A stretch of 64,000 bases of DNA from Deferrisomatales bacterium (GTDB lineage: Bacteria; Desulfobacterota; Deferrisomatia; Deferrisomatales; JACRMM01): assembly GCA_033551855.1 (NCBI GenBank), contig JAWSUI010000001.1, positions 128,001-192,000 of the forward strand. Reading direction: 5' to 3'. Position numbers and translations under genes: made by a program. Each line of letters starts with the position of its first letter. Position 1 is the stretch's first letter. Below are positions 19,374 to 32,206 of the stretch, in pieces. The notes under the pieces were generated by a model that saw nothing but the letters and a program-made list of their open reading frames with translations, did not search any database and was not told where the DNA came from.

Positions 19374-19922
19374 GTGAGCCGCGAGCATTTGGACCGTCTC
19401 GAGCGAAGGATCGAACAACTCCGGAGGGAGTACGAACTGTTCCTCGCGGGGCAGCGGCGGGGAGAGCCCGTCGCCCTGCGGGAGGAGATCAGGCGGGAAC
19501 TGCTCGCGAGAACCCGCCAGCCACCGCCTTCCACGGCGGCCGGTTTTCGCGTGCGGGCCCTTGCCCTCCGCTTCCAGGCCGTGGAAGCCCAAGTGCGCCG
19601 GCTCCTGGAGCCCCGAGGCGCCCGAAAGGGGGGCCGGCCGTCGGGGGTCGGGGGGGAGCAGGGTGTCCTGCTCCAGCGGAGTTGCCTGGAGGAGCGTGGG
19701 CTGTTGCAGGGGGGCGCTGCCCGGCTCCATCGCGAGCTGGTTTGCCTGGTGGGGGAGCGGGGGGCGCCGCCCGCCGGTGTGGTGTGTGAACGCCTGGAAG
19801 CCGAGATGCGCAGGCAGCTCGCGGTGCCGGGCGTGGAAGGGGTGCGGTTCCGGGTCGAACGGGGGGAAGCCGGCGCGACGATCCGGGGGACGGTCGTTCG
19901 AAGGGCCGACGGGCCTGGCTGA
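19374..19922 (+). CDS. Hypothetical protein resembling MXAN_5187 C-terminal-domain proteins
   Basis: LDRLERRIEQLRREYELFLAG..EP..FR..L..RF pattern and C-terminal VRFRV; family recalled from memory, not searched. Confidence 0.5.
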   Translation: MSREHLDRLERRIEQLRREYELFLAGQRRGEPVALREEIRRELLARTRQPPPSTAAGFRVRALALRFQAVEAQVRRLLEPRGARKGGRPSGVGGEQGVLLQRSCLEERGLLQGGAARLHRELVCLVGERGAPPAGVVCERLEAEMRRQLAVPGVEGVRFRVERGEAGATIRGTVVRRADGPG

Positions 19923-20065
19923 GAGGCCCCGGCCGTCAGGAGTGCGCCGCAGCCCCGCCAGGGGGGCTGCGGCGCAGGACCGTCCCGCCGAGGAGCTCCT
20001 GTCGTCGATTTCTCGGCCTCTTGCTGGCGCGAGGGCCCGGCGCCGCCAGCAAGTAGGCCGGGAGA

Positions 20066-20503
20066 TCAGGACCTGGAGAGGGCGACGTCGCGCAGGACAC
20101 CGATCTCGAGCTGCGCGTCGTCGAGGACGGCCTTGAGGACGTCCCGCTGGCTCAGTACACCGAGGAGCGCGCCCCCCTGGATCACCGGGAGGTGGCGGAT
20201 GCTGAGCCGGCCCATGGTCCGCATGGCATCTCGCAGGGAGTCACCCGGCCCCATCACCGTGACGTCGCGGGTCATGAAGTCGGCCACTACCGCCCCGGCA
20301 GCTTGGTCCCCTCGCTCCGCCAGGGCCCGCGCCAGGTCCCGCTCTGAGAGAATCCCCAGGAGCTTACCCATCGGGTCGGTCACCGGCAAGGCTCCGACGC
20401 GATGCTCGGTGACGAGCTGGGCGACCCGCTGAATAGAGTCGTCGGGGCTGCAGGTGAAGACTCTCTGCGTCTTCTTCTTCCTAAGAAGCTCGCTGACCTT
20501 CAT
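20066..20503 (-). CDS. CBS domain pair protein
   Basis: VGALPV..GILSERD and MTRDV..IRHLPV..GVLSQRD. Confidence 0.9.
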   Translation of the reverse strand: MKVSELLRKKKTQRVFTCSPDDSIQRVAQLVTEHRVGALPVTDPMGKLLGILSERDLARALAERGDQAAGAVVADFMTRDVTVMGPGDSLRDAMRTMGRLSIRHLPVIQGGALLGVLSQRDVLKAVLDDAQLEIGVLRDVALSRS

Positions 20504-20783
20504 GGGCCTCCTCCTTGTCGGGGTGGCGCGGGAGGGTTGCGGTTCCCGCGAGGAACCTTACCGGGCCGCCGGGACTCGGCAAGTCACTTCCTTGGATGCC
20601 GGGGGGAGAGGTTCTCCCGGGAGCGTCCGCAAGCCTCCCGCCCCCGTGTGATGCCCCCGGACCGCGTGCACAGACCTGGCGGGGCCGGAGAATGCTGACC
20701 CACCCGGCTGTTTCCCGGAAGTGCGAAAAAGAAGGACGTTCCCGCCGGAACGCCCCTCGCTTCCCGTGAGGCGCCGGCCCGCC

Positions 20784-21197
20784 TCAGCGCCGGCGACCGC
20801 CCACCTGGAGCTGGTTCATCGCCCGCTCCATCTTGGCTTCGGCCTCCAAATACTCCTTTGCCTCCCGGGAGTAGGTCTGCAGCTCCTTCTCGGCCTCGGC
20901 CTTCAATGCTTCGGCCGCTTGAATGTCAATCTCTGCGGGGAACTCGGCCTCCTCGGCCAGCACGGTCACCTTCGCGTGCTGGATCTCGGCGAAACCGCGG
21001 CGGACCGCGAGAAAGTGCTCCTCGGAGCCGATCCGGTACATCAGCTCCCCCACCCCGAGGGCGGTGAAGAACGGCGTGTGCCCGCTCAACACACCGAACT
21101 CCCCCTCGGCGCCCGGGGCGGTGATCTCGGAGACCTCGTCCGCCACGAGCTGCCGGTACGGGGTGACGACCTCCAGGCGAAACGTGTCCTTTGCCAT
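20784..21197 (-). CDS. atpC: ATP synthase F1 epsilon
   Basis: LEVVTP and GEFGVLSGHTP. Confidence 0.95.
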   Translation of the reverse strand: MAKDTFRLEVVTPYRQLVADEVSEITAPGAEGEFGVLSGHTPFFTALGVGELMYRIGSEEHFLAVRRGFAEIQHAKVTVLAEEAEFPAEIDIQAAEALKAEAEKELQTYSREAKEYLEAEAKMERAMNQLQVGGRRR

Positions 21198-21213
21198 GGT
21201 GCTTCTCCGGGCC

Positions 21214-23623
<2,410 letters not shown>

Positions 23624-23639
23624 CCCCGATTCTCCGCCG

Positions 23640-25151
<1,512 letters not shown>

Positions 25152-25158
25152 GGTGGTC

Positions 25159-25701
25159 TCACCCCTTGATCAGAGTTTCTCTCATGCGTTCGAGTTGGGT
25201 GCGCAGGCTGCCGTCGAAGACGAGGTTGCCCACGCGGGCCACCACCCCGCCCAGGAGGGACGGGTCGACGTGGAGCTCGAGCTCCACGTCCTTGCTCAAC
25301 GCCTTGGCAAGCGCTTGGCGCAAGGCCAACACCTGGTGGTCGTGCAGCGGCATCGGCGTGGCGGCTTGTCCGCGCACGCGGCCATCGGCCTCATCGCGCA
25401 TGGCGGAGAAGGCGCGGAGCACGTCACCGAGCTGAGGGAGCTGACGCGCCCCCAGGAGAACCCGGAGGAAGTTGGCGGCCAGCCGATCGAAGGACGCGGA
25501 CGCCAGGACGGCCTCGAGGACCTCGGCCTTGGCCGGGCGGGGCAGGATCGGGCTGAGGAGCGCCGTGCGGAGGTCCTCCTGGGAAGACAGGGCCTCCTGC
25601 ACGCTCGCCAGTTGGTCGGCCACCTCGGCCGTCTTGCCCGCCTCCTGGGCCAGCTCGAAGAGCGCCTTGGCGTAGCGCTGGGCGATTCGCGACCGGATCA
25701 A
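25159..25701 (-). CDS. atpH: ATP synthase F1 delta
   Basis: TTG start overlapping the atpF stop; [10 protein letters not shown] and [12 protein letters not shown]. Confidence 0.92.
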   Translation of the reverse strand: MIRSRIAQRYAKALFELAQEAGKTAEVADQLASVQEALSSQEDLRTALLSPILPRPAKAEVLEAVLASASFDRLAANFLRVLLGARQLPQLGDVLRAFSAMRDEADGRVRGQAATPMPLHDHQVLALRQALAKALSKDVELELHVDPSLLGGVVARVGNLVFDGSLRTQLERMRETLIKG

Positions 25702-26267
25702 TGGACCCTCCCGATGTTCTGGATGGTGAGCTCCACCGCCTTCTTCTGGTCTTCCGCCGTGTAGGCCTTGGCCAGGAGCTGCTCCGCCAACTGCACGGAG
25801 AGGGTGGCAACCTCGGTCCGGAGCTCGTCGGTCGCCCGCTTGAGCTCGTGGGCGGCAGCCGACTCCACCTGCCGTCGGATGGACTCGGCGGCCTTCTCGG
25901 CGTCGGCCACGAGGCGGCCGCGCTGGCGCTCCCCCTCGGCCTGGAAGTCTGCGTGAATGGTCCGAATCTCTGCCTGCAGGTCCGCGACGCGGGCCTTGTA
26001 CTCCTGGTAGCGGGCCTCGGCGGCATCCCGCGCCTGGAGGGCTTCCTCCAGCTCCTTCTTGATCGAGTCGCGACGCTGGGCCAGGGCCTGGGTTATGGGC
26101 TTGCGCAGGAAGTAGTACAGCAGGCCCAGGAGGATGCCGAAGTTGACGAACTTCATCGTCAGGTCGTACAGGGGTGGGCGGCCGGTTCCTTCGGCAGCGG
26201 CCCACAGGACGGCAGGGGCGAGGAGCGCCCCGAGGGTCAGGAGCAGTGTCAAGGCGCGACGGCCCAT
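25698..26267 (-). CDS. atpF: ATP synthase Fo subunit b
   Basis: VNFGILLGLLYYFLRKP followed by a coiled coil. Confidence 0.9.
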   Translation of the reverse strand: MGRRALTLLLTLGALLAPAVLWAAAEGTGRPPLYDLTMKFVNFGILLGLLYYFLRKPITQALAQRRDSIKKELEEALQARDAAEARYQEYKARVADLQAEIRTIHADFQAEGERQRGRLVADAEKAAESIRRQVESAAAHELKRATDELRTEVATLSVQLAEQLLAKAYTAEDQKKAVELTIQNIGRVH

Positions 26268-26692
26268 CAGACGGCCCTCCCGAGGATGCGTTGGGCGATG
26301 GATTCGGCGACCTGCCCGGCTTGGGCTCGGAGGGACCGCCGCGCCTCCTCTGCCTCGCCGCGCAAGCGGGCTCGGACCTGGGCCACGGCCTTGTCCGCCT
26401 CAGCGGTGGCCGCGGCCAGCAGACGGTCCCTCTCGGTCTCGCCCTGGCGGACGAGCTGGGTGCGGGACCGGTCGGCATCGGCCTTGGCAGCGTGAATGCG
26501 CTTCTGGTAATCGTCCCAGATGGCCTGGGCTTCGCTCTCGAGCTGTGCCGCCTTCGTCCGGCGCCCCTCGGTTCGCTCCCTCCGTTCCTCGAGGACCCGC
26601 AGCATGGGCCGGAAGAGGATGCGGTTCAGGAGGTACATGAGGAGCAGGAAGTTGACGAGCTGGACGACCAGGGTGGCATTGATGTTGATCAC
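26267..26692 (-). CDS. ATP synthase Fo subunit b'
   Basis: INATLVVQLVNFLLLMYLLNRILFRP followed by a coiled coil. Confidence 0.9.
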   Translation of the reverse strand: MININATLVVQLVNFLLLMYLLNRILFRPMLRVLEERRERTEGRRTKAAQLESEAQAIWDDYQKRIHAAKADADRSRTQLVRQGETERDRLLAAATAEADKAVAQVRARLRGEAEEARRSLRAQAGQVAESIAQRILGRAV

Positions 26693-26794
26693 GGACCGAT
26701 CCTCCGTAACCCGGGGGCAGAGCGGCCGCGATCATACACGAACGCCTTGGGTGAATCAAACGGGATTCGGTGCTGCCGAGACGATTTTCCCGTG

Positions 26795-27049
26795 TCAGAC
26801 CACGAAGATCAGGAGCAGGGCAATCACGAGGGAGTAGATCCCCGTGGATTCGGACACGGCTTGCCCTACGAGCATCGTGCGGGTGAGCAGGTTGGCGTGC
26901 TCGGGGGCTCGGGCGATCCCTTCGCAGGCCTTGCCGGCCGCGAAGCCTTCGCCGATACCGGGGCCTATGGCGCCGAAGCCCATGGCGATGCCTGCGCCCA
27001 ACAGGGCGGCGGCGCGGATGACGTCGGGTCCGCTGATCTCTGGGGTCAT
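26795..27049 (-). CDS. atpE: ATP synthase Fo subunit c, single hairpin, Na+-binding signature
   Basis: ATG 27049 with RBS ggagg; GPGIGEG..ARAPE..GQAVSESTGIY. Confidence 0.95.
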   Translation of the reverse strand: MTPEISGPDVIRAAALLGAGIAMGFGAIGPGIGEGFAAGKACEGIARAPEHANLLTRTMLVGQAVSESTGIYSLVIALLLIFVV

Positions 27050-27077
27050 GGGATACCTCCGGCAGGAAGCAAGATGT

Positions 27078-28064
27078 TCAAACGACGTATAGAAGTAGAA
27101 GGGCGACGAGAAGCCCGTAGACGGCGGTGGACTGGCTGACGGCCTGGCCAACGAGCATGGTGCGCACCAGGACTGGCGAGAGGTCCGGGCGACGGCCGAT
27201 GGCACGGCAGGCGGCGGCGGCGGCCGAACCGGAACCGATCCCGGGGCCCGTGGCGGCGAGGCCGGCCGAGATCCCGGCACCGAGCAGGGCTGCAACCGCC
27301 GCCAGGCTGCCGGCGCCCGCATCTCCCGGGTGGGCGAAGACGAGCAGAAAAGCGACGAGCAGTCCGAAGATCGACGGCGTCTGGGCCACGGCCTGTCCCA
27401 TCAGCATAGCACGCAGCAGGGAGGCGTAGCCCGCCGGGCGGCGGGCTATGGCGTGGCAGGCGGCGGCGGCGGTCATCCCGGAGCCGAGGCCGGGCCCAAC
27501 GGCCGAGACGCCGGCCGAGATGGCTGCCGCCGCCAGGGCGGAAGCGGCGCTCGAGAGGGAGCCTGCCGCTTCGAGAGGGACGGCGAAGAGCAAGAGAAAG
27601 GCCATGACGAGGGCAAAGATGGCCGGGGTCTGGGCCACGGCTTGCCCCACGAGCATGGCGGTGGTGACGCGGCCCGCGGCCTGGGGGTGGCGGGCGATGC
27701 CCTTGCAGGCCGCAGCGCCGGCGAGGCCGGCCCCCAGGCCCGGGCCCAGTGCCCCGACGCCCATGCACAGGCCGGCGGCCCCCAGGGCGGCGGCTTGGAG
27801 GAGGCTGGGGACCGGCCGGGCGGTGAACAGGAGCAGCACCGCCACGACGAGGGCGAAGATGCTGGCGGACTCCGCCACGGCCTGGCCCACCAGCATGGTG
27901 CGCTGCACCCTGTGGGCGACGGCCGGCTGCCGCGCGATGGCCGCTGCCGCCGCTTCGGCGGTGCGGCCTTCGCCGATCGCGGCGCCGATGGCCCCCAGAC
28001 CGATGCACAGGCCGGCACCCAACACCGCCGCCGCCTGGGTCCACGCAGCAGGGTCCACGCTCAC
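27078..28064 (-). CDS. Fused four-hairpin ATP synthase c subunit (about 8 TM)
   Basis: Four tandem c repeats ending GQAVAESASIF, GQAVAQTPAIF, GQAVAQTPSIF and GQAVSQSTAVY, with loops ARQP, ARHP, ARRP and GRRP. Confidence 0.92.
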   Translation of the reverse strand: MSVDPAAWTQAAAVLGAGLCIGLGAIGAAIGEGRTAEAAAAAIARQPAVAHRVQRTMLVGQAVAESASIFALVVAVLLLFTARPVPSLLQAAALGAAGLCMGVGALGPGLGAGLAGAAACKGIARHPQAAGRVTTAMLVGQAVAQTPAIFALVMAFLLLFAVPLEAAGSLSSAASALAAAAISAGVSAVGPGLGSGMTAAAACHAIARRPAGYASLLRAMLMGQAVAQTPSIFGLLVAFLLVFAHPGDAGAGSLAAVAALLGAGISAGLAATGPGIGSGSAAAAACRAIGRRPDLSPVLVRTMLVGQAVSQSTAVYGLLVALLLLYVV

Positions 28065-28735
28065 TCCTGGAGGGCCACGGAAATGTATGTGAGGGTGAGC
28101 ATCGCGAAGACGAAGGCCTGCACGGTGCCCACGAAGAGGCCAAAGAACGCGCTGAGCAGGGGCGGGAAGATGAGGTGGTGGACGAGGTGGCTCACGACGA
28201 GGATGATGATCGAGCCCCCCATCACGTTCCCGTAGAGGCGAAAAGACATGGAGACGACCTTCGCCGCTTCACCAATCACGTTGAGAGGGAACATGAAGAA
28301 GAACGGCTGAAAGTACTCTTTGAGGTAGGCGCGCCAGCCCTTGGCCTTTACCGCCGCCGCTTGAGCTGTCAGGAAGGCGATTAGAGCCAGGATCAAGGTG
28401 GTGTTGAGGTCCTTTGTGGGTTCTTGCAGGAACGGGATCATCCCCAGCCAGTTGGAAATCAGGATGAAGATGAACAGGGTCAGGACCAACGGGTAGTAAC
28501 GGGGACCCCGTTTGCCGAGGGTTTCCCGGACCAGGTCCCGGAAGCCCCCGACCACGACTTCGGCCAAACTCTGGAGGGCCCCGGGCACCAGGGTGGGGCG
28601 GCGCGAGACCGCCATCCCGAGGGCGACGAGCACGGCCATGACGACCCAGGACATCAGGAGGGTGGTCGCGTTCAAGACGACGTCGCGACCGGCGAAGGGA
28701 AGAACCCAGTGGGGGATGTGGGTGATGGCTTCCAT
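28061..28735 (-). CDS. atpB: ATP synthase Fo subunit a
   Basis: PTKDLNTT, SFRLYGN (essential Arg) and VQAFVFAML. Confidence 0.95.
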   Translation of the reverse strand: MEAITHIPHWVLPFAGRDVVLNATTLLMSWVVMAVLVALGMAVSRRPTLVPGALQSLAEVVVGGFRDLVRETLGKRGPRYYPLVLTLFIFILISNWLGMIPFLQEPTKDLNTTLILALIAFLTAQAAAVKAKGWRAYLKEYFQPFFFMFPLNVIGEAAKVVSMSFRLYGNVMGGSIIILVVSHLVHHLIFPPLLSAFFGLFVGTVQAFVFAMLTLTYISVALQE

Positions 28736-28757
28736 GGCCGGACCCTCGGAGGGAGGC

Positions 28758-29141
28758 TCAATCGCCCCCGCAGGGGCCCAGAAGGCTGCCCGCGAGGAGA
28801 ACGGCGGGCCCCGCGAAGAGGCCGAGTGCGGCGGACCCGAGGGAAACCCCGGGGAGGGCGTAAGCGGCTCCCAGGGCGCCGGCCCGCAGGCCGGTTCGCA
28901 GGAGCGACCCCAATCGGGCGCGCCGGCCGGCCAGGCGCGGGGGCGCCGTGACGTGGCGGGCGATCTGCGTTCCGAGCAGATGCACAGCCGCTGCGCTCGC
29001 GAGGCTCCCGAGCAAGAAGCCCTTGGCCTCCGGCGATCCACCGAGCAAGCCCAGCAGAGCGGCACCGCCCAGTCCGAGGAGCCCCGCCCCGGCAGCGGCT
29101 CCGAGACGAAACCGGCGGAAGACATCGACGGTGGAAGTCAC
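28758..29141 (-). CDS. atpI: ATP synthase subunit I-like membrane protein
   Basis: Four hydrophobic segments between atpZ and atpB; GTG overlaps the upstream stop. Confidence 0.6.
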   Translation of the reverse strand: MTSTVDVFRRFRLGAAAGAGLLGLGGAALLGLLGGSPEAKGFLLGSLASAAAVHLLGTQIARHVTAPPRLAGRRARLGSLLRTGLRAGALGAAYALPGVSLGSAALGLFAGPAVLLAGSLLGPCGGD

Positions 29142-29410
29142 CGTTGCCTCCTCTCGGCCCGGCGCCCCGTCTCGGTGACGATCCGGTAGACAGCCCAGAA
29201 GCCGGAAAGGGCCCCCAGGGGAATGAAGAGGGCTTTCCAGAGCCCCCGGTGCCCGGTCCACTGGTCGAGGTAGTACCCCAAGGCAAAGCCGATGCCCACC
29301 GCGGCGACCATCGTCAGGCCCAAATGCGTGAGGAGGCCGAGGTGCTCCATGAGGTCCTTCATCTCCTTGGGATTGAAGTTCCTCTTGCGTGTCGGCTGGT
29401 TAGGTACCAT
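29138..29410 (-). CDS. AtpZ/AtpI family protein
   Basis: LGLTMVAAVGIGFALGYYLD..two TM; start uncertain. Confidence 0.85.
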   Translation of the reverse strand: MVPNQPTRKRNFNPKEMKDLMEHLGLLTHLGLTMVAAVGIGFALGYYLDQWTGHRGLWKALFIPLGALSGFWAVYRIVTETGRRAERRQR

Positions 29411-29423
29411 TGGGTCCTCGGGG

Positions 29424-29560
29424 TGTCAAGGCAGAGGGCGGTCCGTGGATCCCCCGCCTGCTCGGCAAGCGGGGTCCGGGAGCCCCTACGTTTCGCCCCG
29501 CAATCCGCAGCGGTTCGACCAGGTGTCCTCGCATGCCACTGTGCGCCGGGCTTCAACCGT
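29424..29560. repeat. Partial copy of the 213-bp repeat family
   Basis: tggatcccccg..gcggggtccgggagcccct..tttcgccccgcaatccgc..ttcga matches the unit at 38315. Confidence 0.7.
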
Positions 29561-29754
29561 TTCCGCGGATTCGCCGGCCGGGCGGCCGCGGGTGGGGGGG
29601 CCCGGTAGGCCTCCGGAAGCACTGGATTTCTCTGGAGATTCTCAGGTCGACGCAGCGGAGGGGGATGTGGCCCCACAGCGGGCAGCACGCGCCAGACCGC
29701 CGTCCGGAGCGGGCGGAGGGCTCTCCTGCTTGGGAGAGGCACCGGGGGGCTCAC

Positions 29755-30612
29755 TCAGCGGCCGGATGCCTCGAGGAGGGACAGGAGGCGATCCAAGTCG
29801 TCCAGACTGCGGTAGTCGATGCGGATGCTGCCGGCCCCCTTCTTCTTGGCCGGCTGCACGGACACCCGGGTGCCCAGTCGGCGGCCGAGGCGGTCCTCGA
29901 GCGCTCGTACGTTGGGGTCCTTCGGCGGTGCGGGGGCAGGTCCCGCCGCAGGCCTTCGCGCGAGGGCCTCCGCCTCCCGCACGGACAGACCGCGGCGGAG
30001 GACCTGGCGGAGCAACTCGAGTCGGGCCGCGTCTCCGGTGACGGTGAGAAGGGCGCGGGCGTGGCCGGCGGAGAGGGTGCCGTCGCGCAGGGCCTGGAGC
30101 GCCTCCTCCGGCAGCCCCAGCAGCCGCAAGGCGTTTGCAACGGCGGCCCGGGACTTCCCGATTCGGGCGGCGAGGGCCTCCTGGGAGAGCCGGGCTCGGT
30201 CGAGAAGCAGTCGGTAAGCCTGGGCCTCCTCTACAGGATTGAGGTCCTCGCGCTGGAGGTTCTCCACCAAGGCCATTTCAAGGACTTCGTCTTCGTCGGC
30301 CTGGCGCACGATCGCAGGAACCTCGGTCAGCCCGGCGCGCTGGGCGGCTCGCCAGCGGCGCTCGCCCGCGATGAGCTCGTAGGCGCCGGACGCGGACCGT
30401 CGCAAGATCACGGGTTGGATGAGCCCCTTCTCGCGAATCGACTGCGCGAGCTCCTCGAGCGTCCCGTCCGGAAAGTGCTGGCGGGGTTGGTGGGGGCTCG
30501 GGTGAATCTCCTCCACGGGGCAGAGGAAGAACTCTCCTTCCAGGCGGTCGGGGAGCAGGGCGTCGAGCCCCGAGCCGAGGGCAGGGCGGGGGCGTTTCGC
30601 GGTCTGAGCCAT
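29755..30612 (-). CDS. parB: Chromosome partitioning protein ParB
   Basis: [19 protein letters not shown] and ENLQREDL. Confidence 0.96.
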   Translation of the reverse strand: MAQTAKRPRPALGSGLDALLPDRLEGEFFLCPVEEIHPSPHQPRQHFPDGTLEELAQSIREKGLIQPVILRRSASGAYELIAGERRWRAAQRAGLTEVPAIVRQADEDEVLEMALVENLQREDLNPVEEAQAYRLLLDRARLSQEALAARIGKSRAAVANALRLLGLPEEALQALRDGTLSAGHARALLTVTGDAARLELLRQVLRRGLSVREAEALARRPAAGPAPAPPKDPNVRALEDRLGRRLGTRVSVQPAKKKGAGSIRIDYRSLDDLDRLLSLLEASGR

Positions 30613-30635
30613 GGGGGTCCTCTGGGGGCGCCGCC

Positions 30636-31421
30636 CTAAGCGGCGACGGGGGGCTGTGGGGCCGCCGGCCGGATCAGCTCCCTGGCCATGCGCAGGTAGC
30701 CCTGGGCCCCGCTGGAGCGGATGTCGTACAGGAGGGCCGGCTTCCCGTGGCTCGGCGACTCACTCAGGCGCACGTTGCGGGGGATGACCGAGCGGAAGAC
30801 CTTGTCCTTGAAGTGGCGCTTGACCTCGTCGGCCACTTGGTGGCTGAGGTTGTTTCGGGGATCGAACATGGTGAGCAGAATCCCCTCGATCTCCAGCCGG
30901 GGGTTGAAGCCGCGCTTGACCGTCCGGACCGTGTGGAGGAGCTGGGAGAGCCCCTCGAGGGCATAGTATTCGCACTGGAGGGGGATGATGACGGCGTCGG
31001 ATGCCACCAGGGCATTGATGGTGAGCAGACCAAGGCTCGGGGGGCAGTCCACCAGGATGTAATCGTACTCTTGTCGAACGGGCGCGAGGGCCTCCCGGAG
31101 ACGGAACTCCCTCCGATTCGCGGTGACGAGCTCGACCTCCGCCCCGGACAGGTCGCGGGAGGCCGGCACCAGGAACAAGTGGCCCAAGGCGGTGGAGCGG
31201 GTCGCGGAGGCTGCGGGAGCCTGCCCCGTCAGGACGTGGTAGGAGGTGAGCTCCCCGGGCCCTGCCCGCTGTCCCAGCCCGCTGGTCGCATTGGACTGGG
31301 GGTCCGCGTCGAAGAGGAGCACCCTCTTCTCCGCAGCGGCGAGGGACGCGGCGAGGTTCACGGCGGTGGTGGTCTTGCCGACGCCGCCCTTCTGGTTGGC
31401 CAACGAGAGAATGCGAGCCAT
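30636..31421 (-). CDS. parA: Chromosome partitioning ATPase ParA/Soj
   Basis: NQKGGVGKTT, DCPPSL and PRNVRLSE. Confidence 0.96.
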   Translation of the reverse strand: MARILSLANQKGGVGKTTTAVNLAASLAAAEKRVLLFDADPQSNATSGLGQRAGPGELTSYHVLTGQAPAASATRSTALGHLFLVPASRDLSGAEVELVTANRREFRLREALAPVRQEYDYILVDCPPSLGLLTINALVASDAVIIPLQCEYYALEGLSQLLHTVRTVKRGFNPRLEIEGILLTMFDPRNNLSHQVADEVKRHFKDKVFRSVIPRNVRLSESPSHGKPALLYDIRSSGAQGYLRMARELIRPAAPQPPVAA

Positions 31422-31556
31422 GGACACCTCCCAACGCGGGACGTTACCACAGGGCCGGCGAGGAGGGAACGGGCTTGCGCGAACCTGTGGCGGGCGGTCC
31501 CCACGGGGTTGTGCGGGGGGGGCGGGACGCGCGCAGGAACCCGGTTCGTGCCGCGG

Positions 31557-31572
31557 TGTTTCACGTGAAACA
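31557..31572. promoter_or_regulatory. parS site
   Basis: Perfect TGTTTCACGTGAAACA. Confidence 0.92.
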
Positions 31573-31585
31573 GCCCCGGGGGGGC

Positions 31586-32206
31586 TCAGTCGATCCTCCG
31601 ATATACTTGCAGTCGTCGGGGCCCGGCGCCGGGGGGGGGTGGGTACTCCAGATCCTCCACCGAGCTCCAGCCGATAGGCGGCTCCGCGGGGCCGGACCCC
31701 AGGAGCAGGAAGACGTCGCCCGAGGGAGCGAGGAAAGGGCGCGCGGACTTCAGCAGGGAGTGTGGGGCGGCCAAGGCCCTGGCGGTGACGGACGCAAAGC
31801 TCCCGGCCAGCTCGGGCTGTTCCCGAAGGGCTTCTTCGTGACGGGACTGCACCACACGGACCCGGCCGAGGCCCAGGACCCGGACCGCGTGGCGCAGGAA
31901 GCTCGCGCGCTTGCCCAGGGGCTCCAGGCAGACCACCACGGCGCCGGGCCACGCCAGAGCGATGGGGAGGGCCGGAAGGCCGGCGCCGCTGCCGATGTCC
32001 AGGAGGGGAAAGCGCGGGGGGACGAGCAGGAACGGGAGCACCGCGTCCGCGATCTGGAGGCGGATGCCGGGCAGATCTCTCGGCCCCACCAGCCGCACGG
32101 AGCGGTTCCAGCGCTCGAGCTCACGGGCATAGGTCTCGAAGCGCTCCCAGGGGAGGGCTGCCCGAAGGTCCGGGCGTAGGAGGCGGTCCCACTCCCCCGG
32201 GGTCAC
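31586..32206 (-). CDS. rsmG: 16S rRNA m7G527 methyltransferase
   Basis: [20 protein letters not shown] and VTARA; GTG overlaps the mnmG stop. Confidence 0.9.
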   Translation of the reverse strand: MTPGEWDRLLRPDLRAALPWERFETYARELERWNRSVRLVGPRDLPGIRLQIADAVLPFLLVPPRFPLLDIGSGAGLPALPIALAWPGAVVVCLEPLGKRASFLRHAVRVLGLGRVRVVQSRHEEALREQPELAGSFASVTARALAAPHSLLKSARPFLAPSGDVFLLLGSGPAEPPIGWSSVEDLEYPPPPGAGPRRLQVYRRID

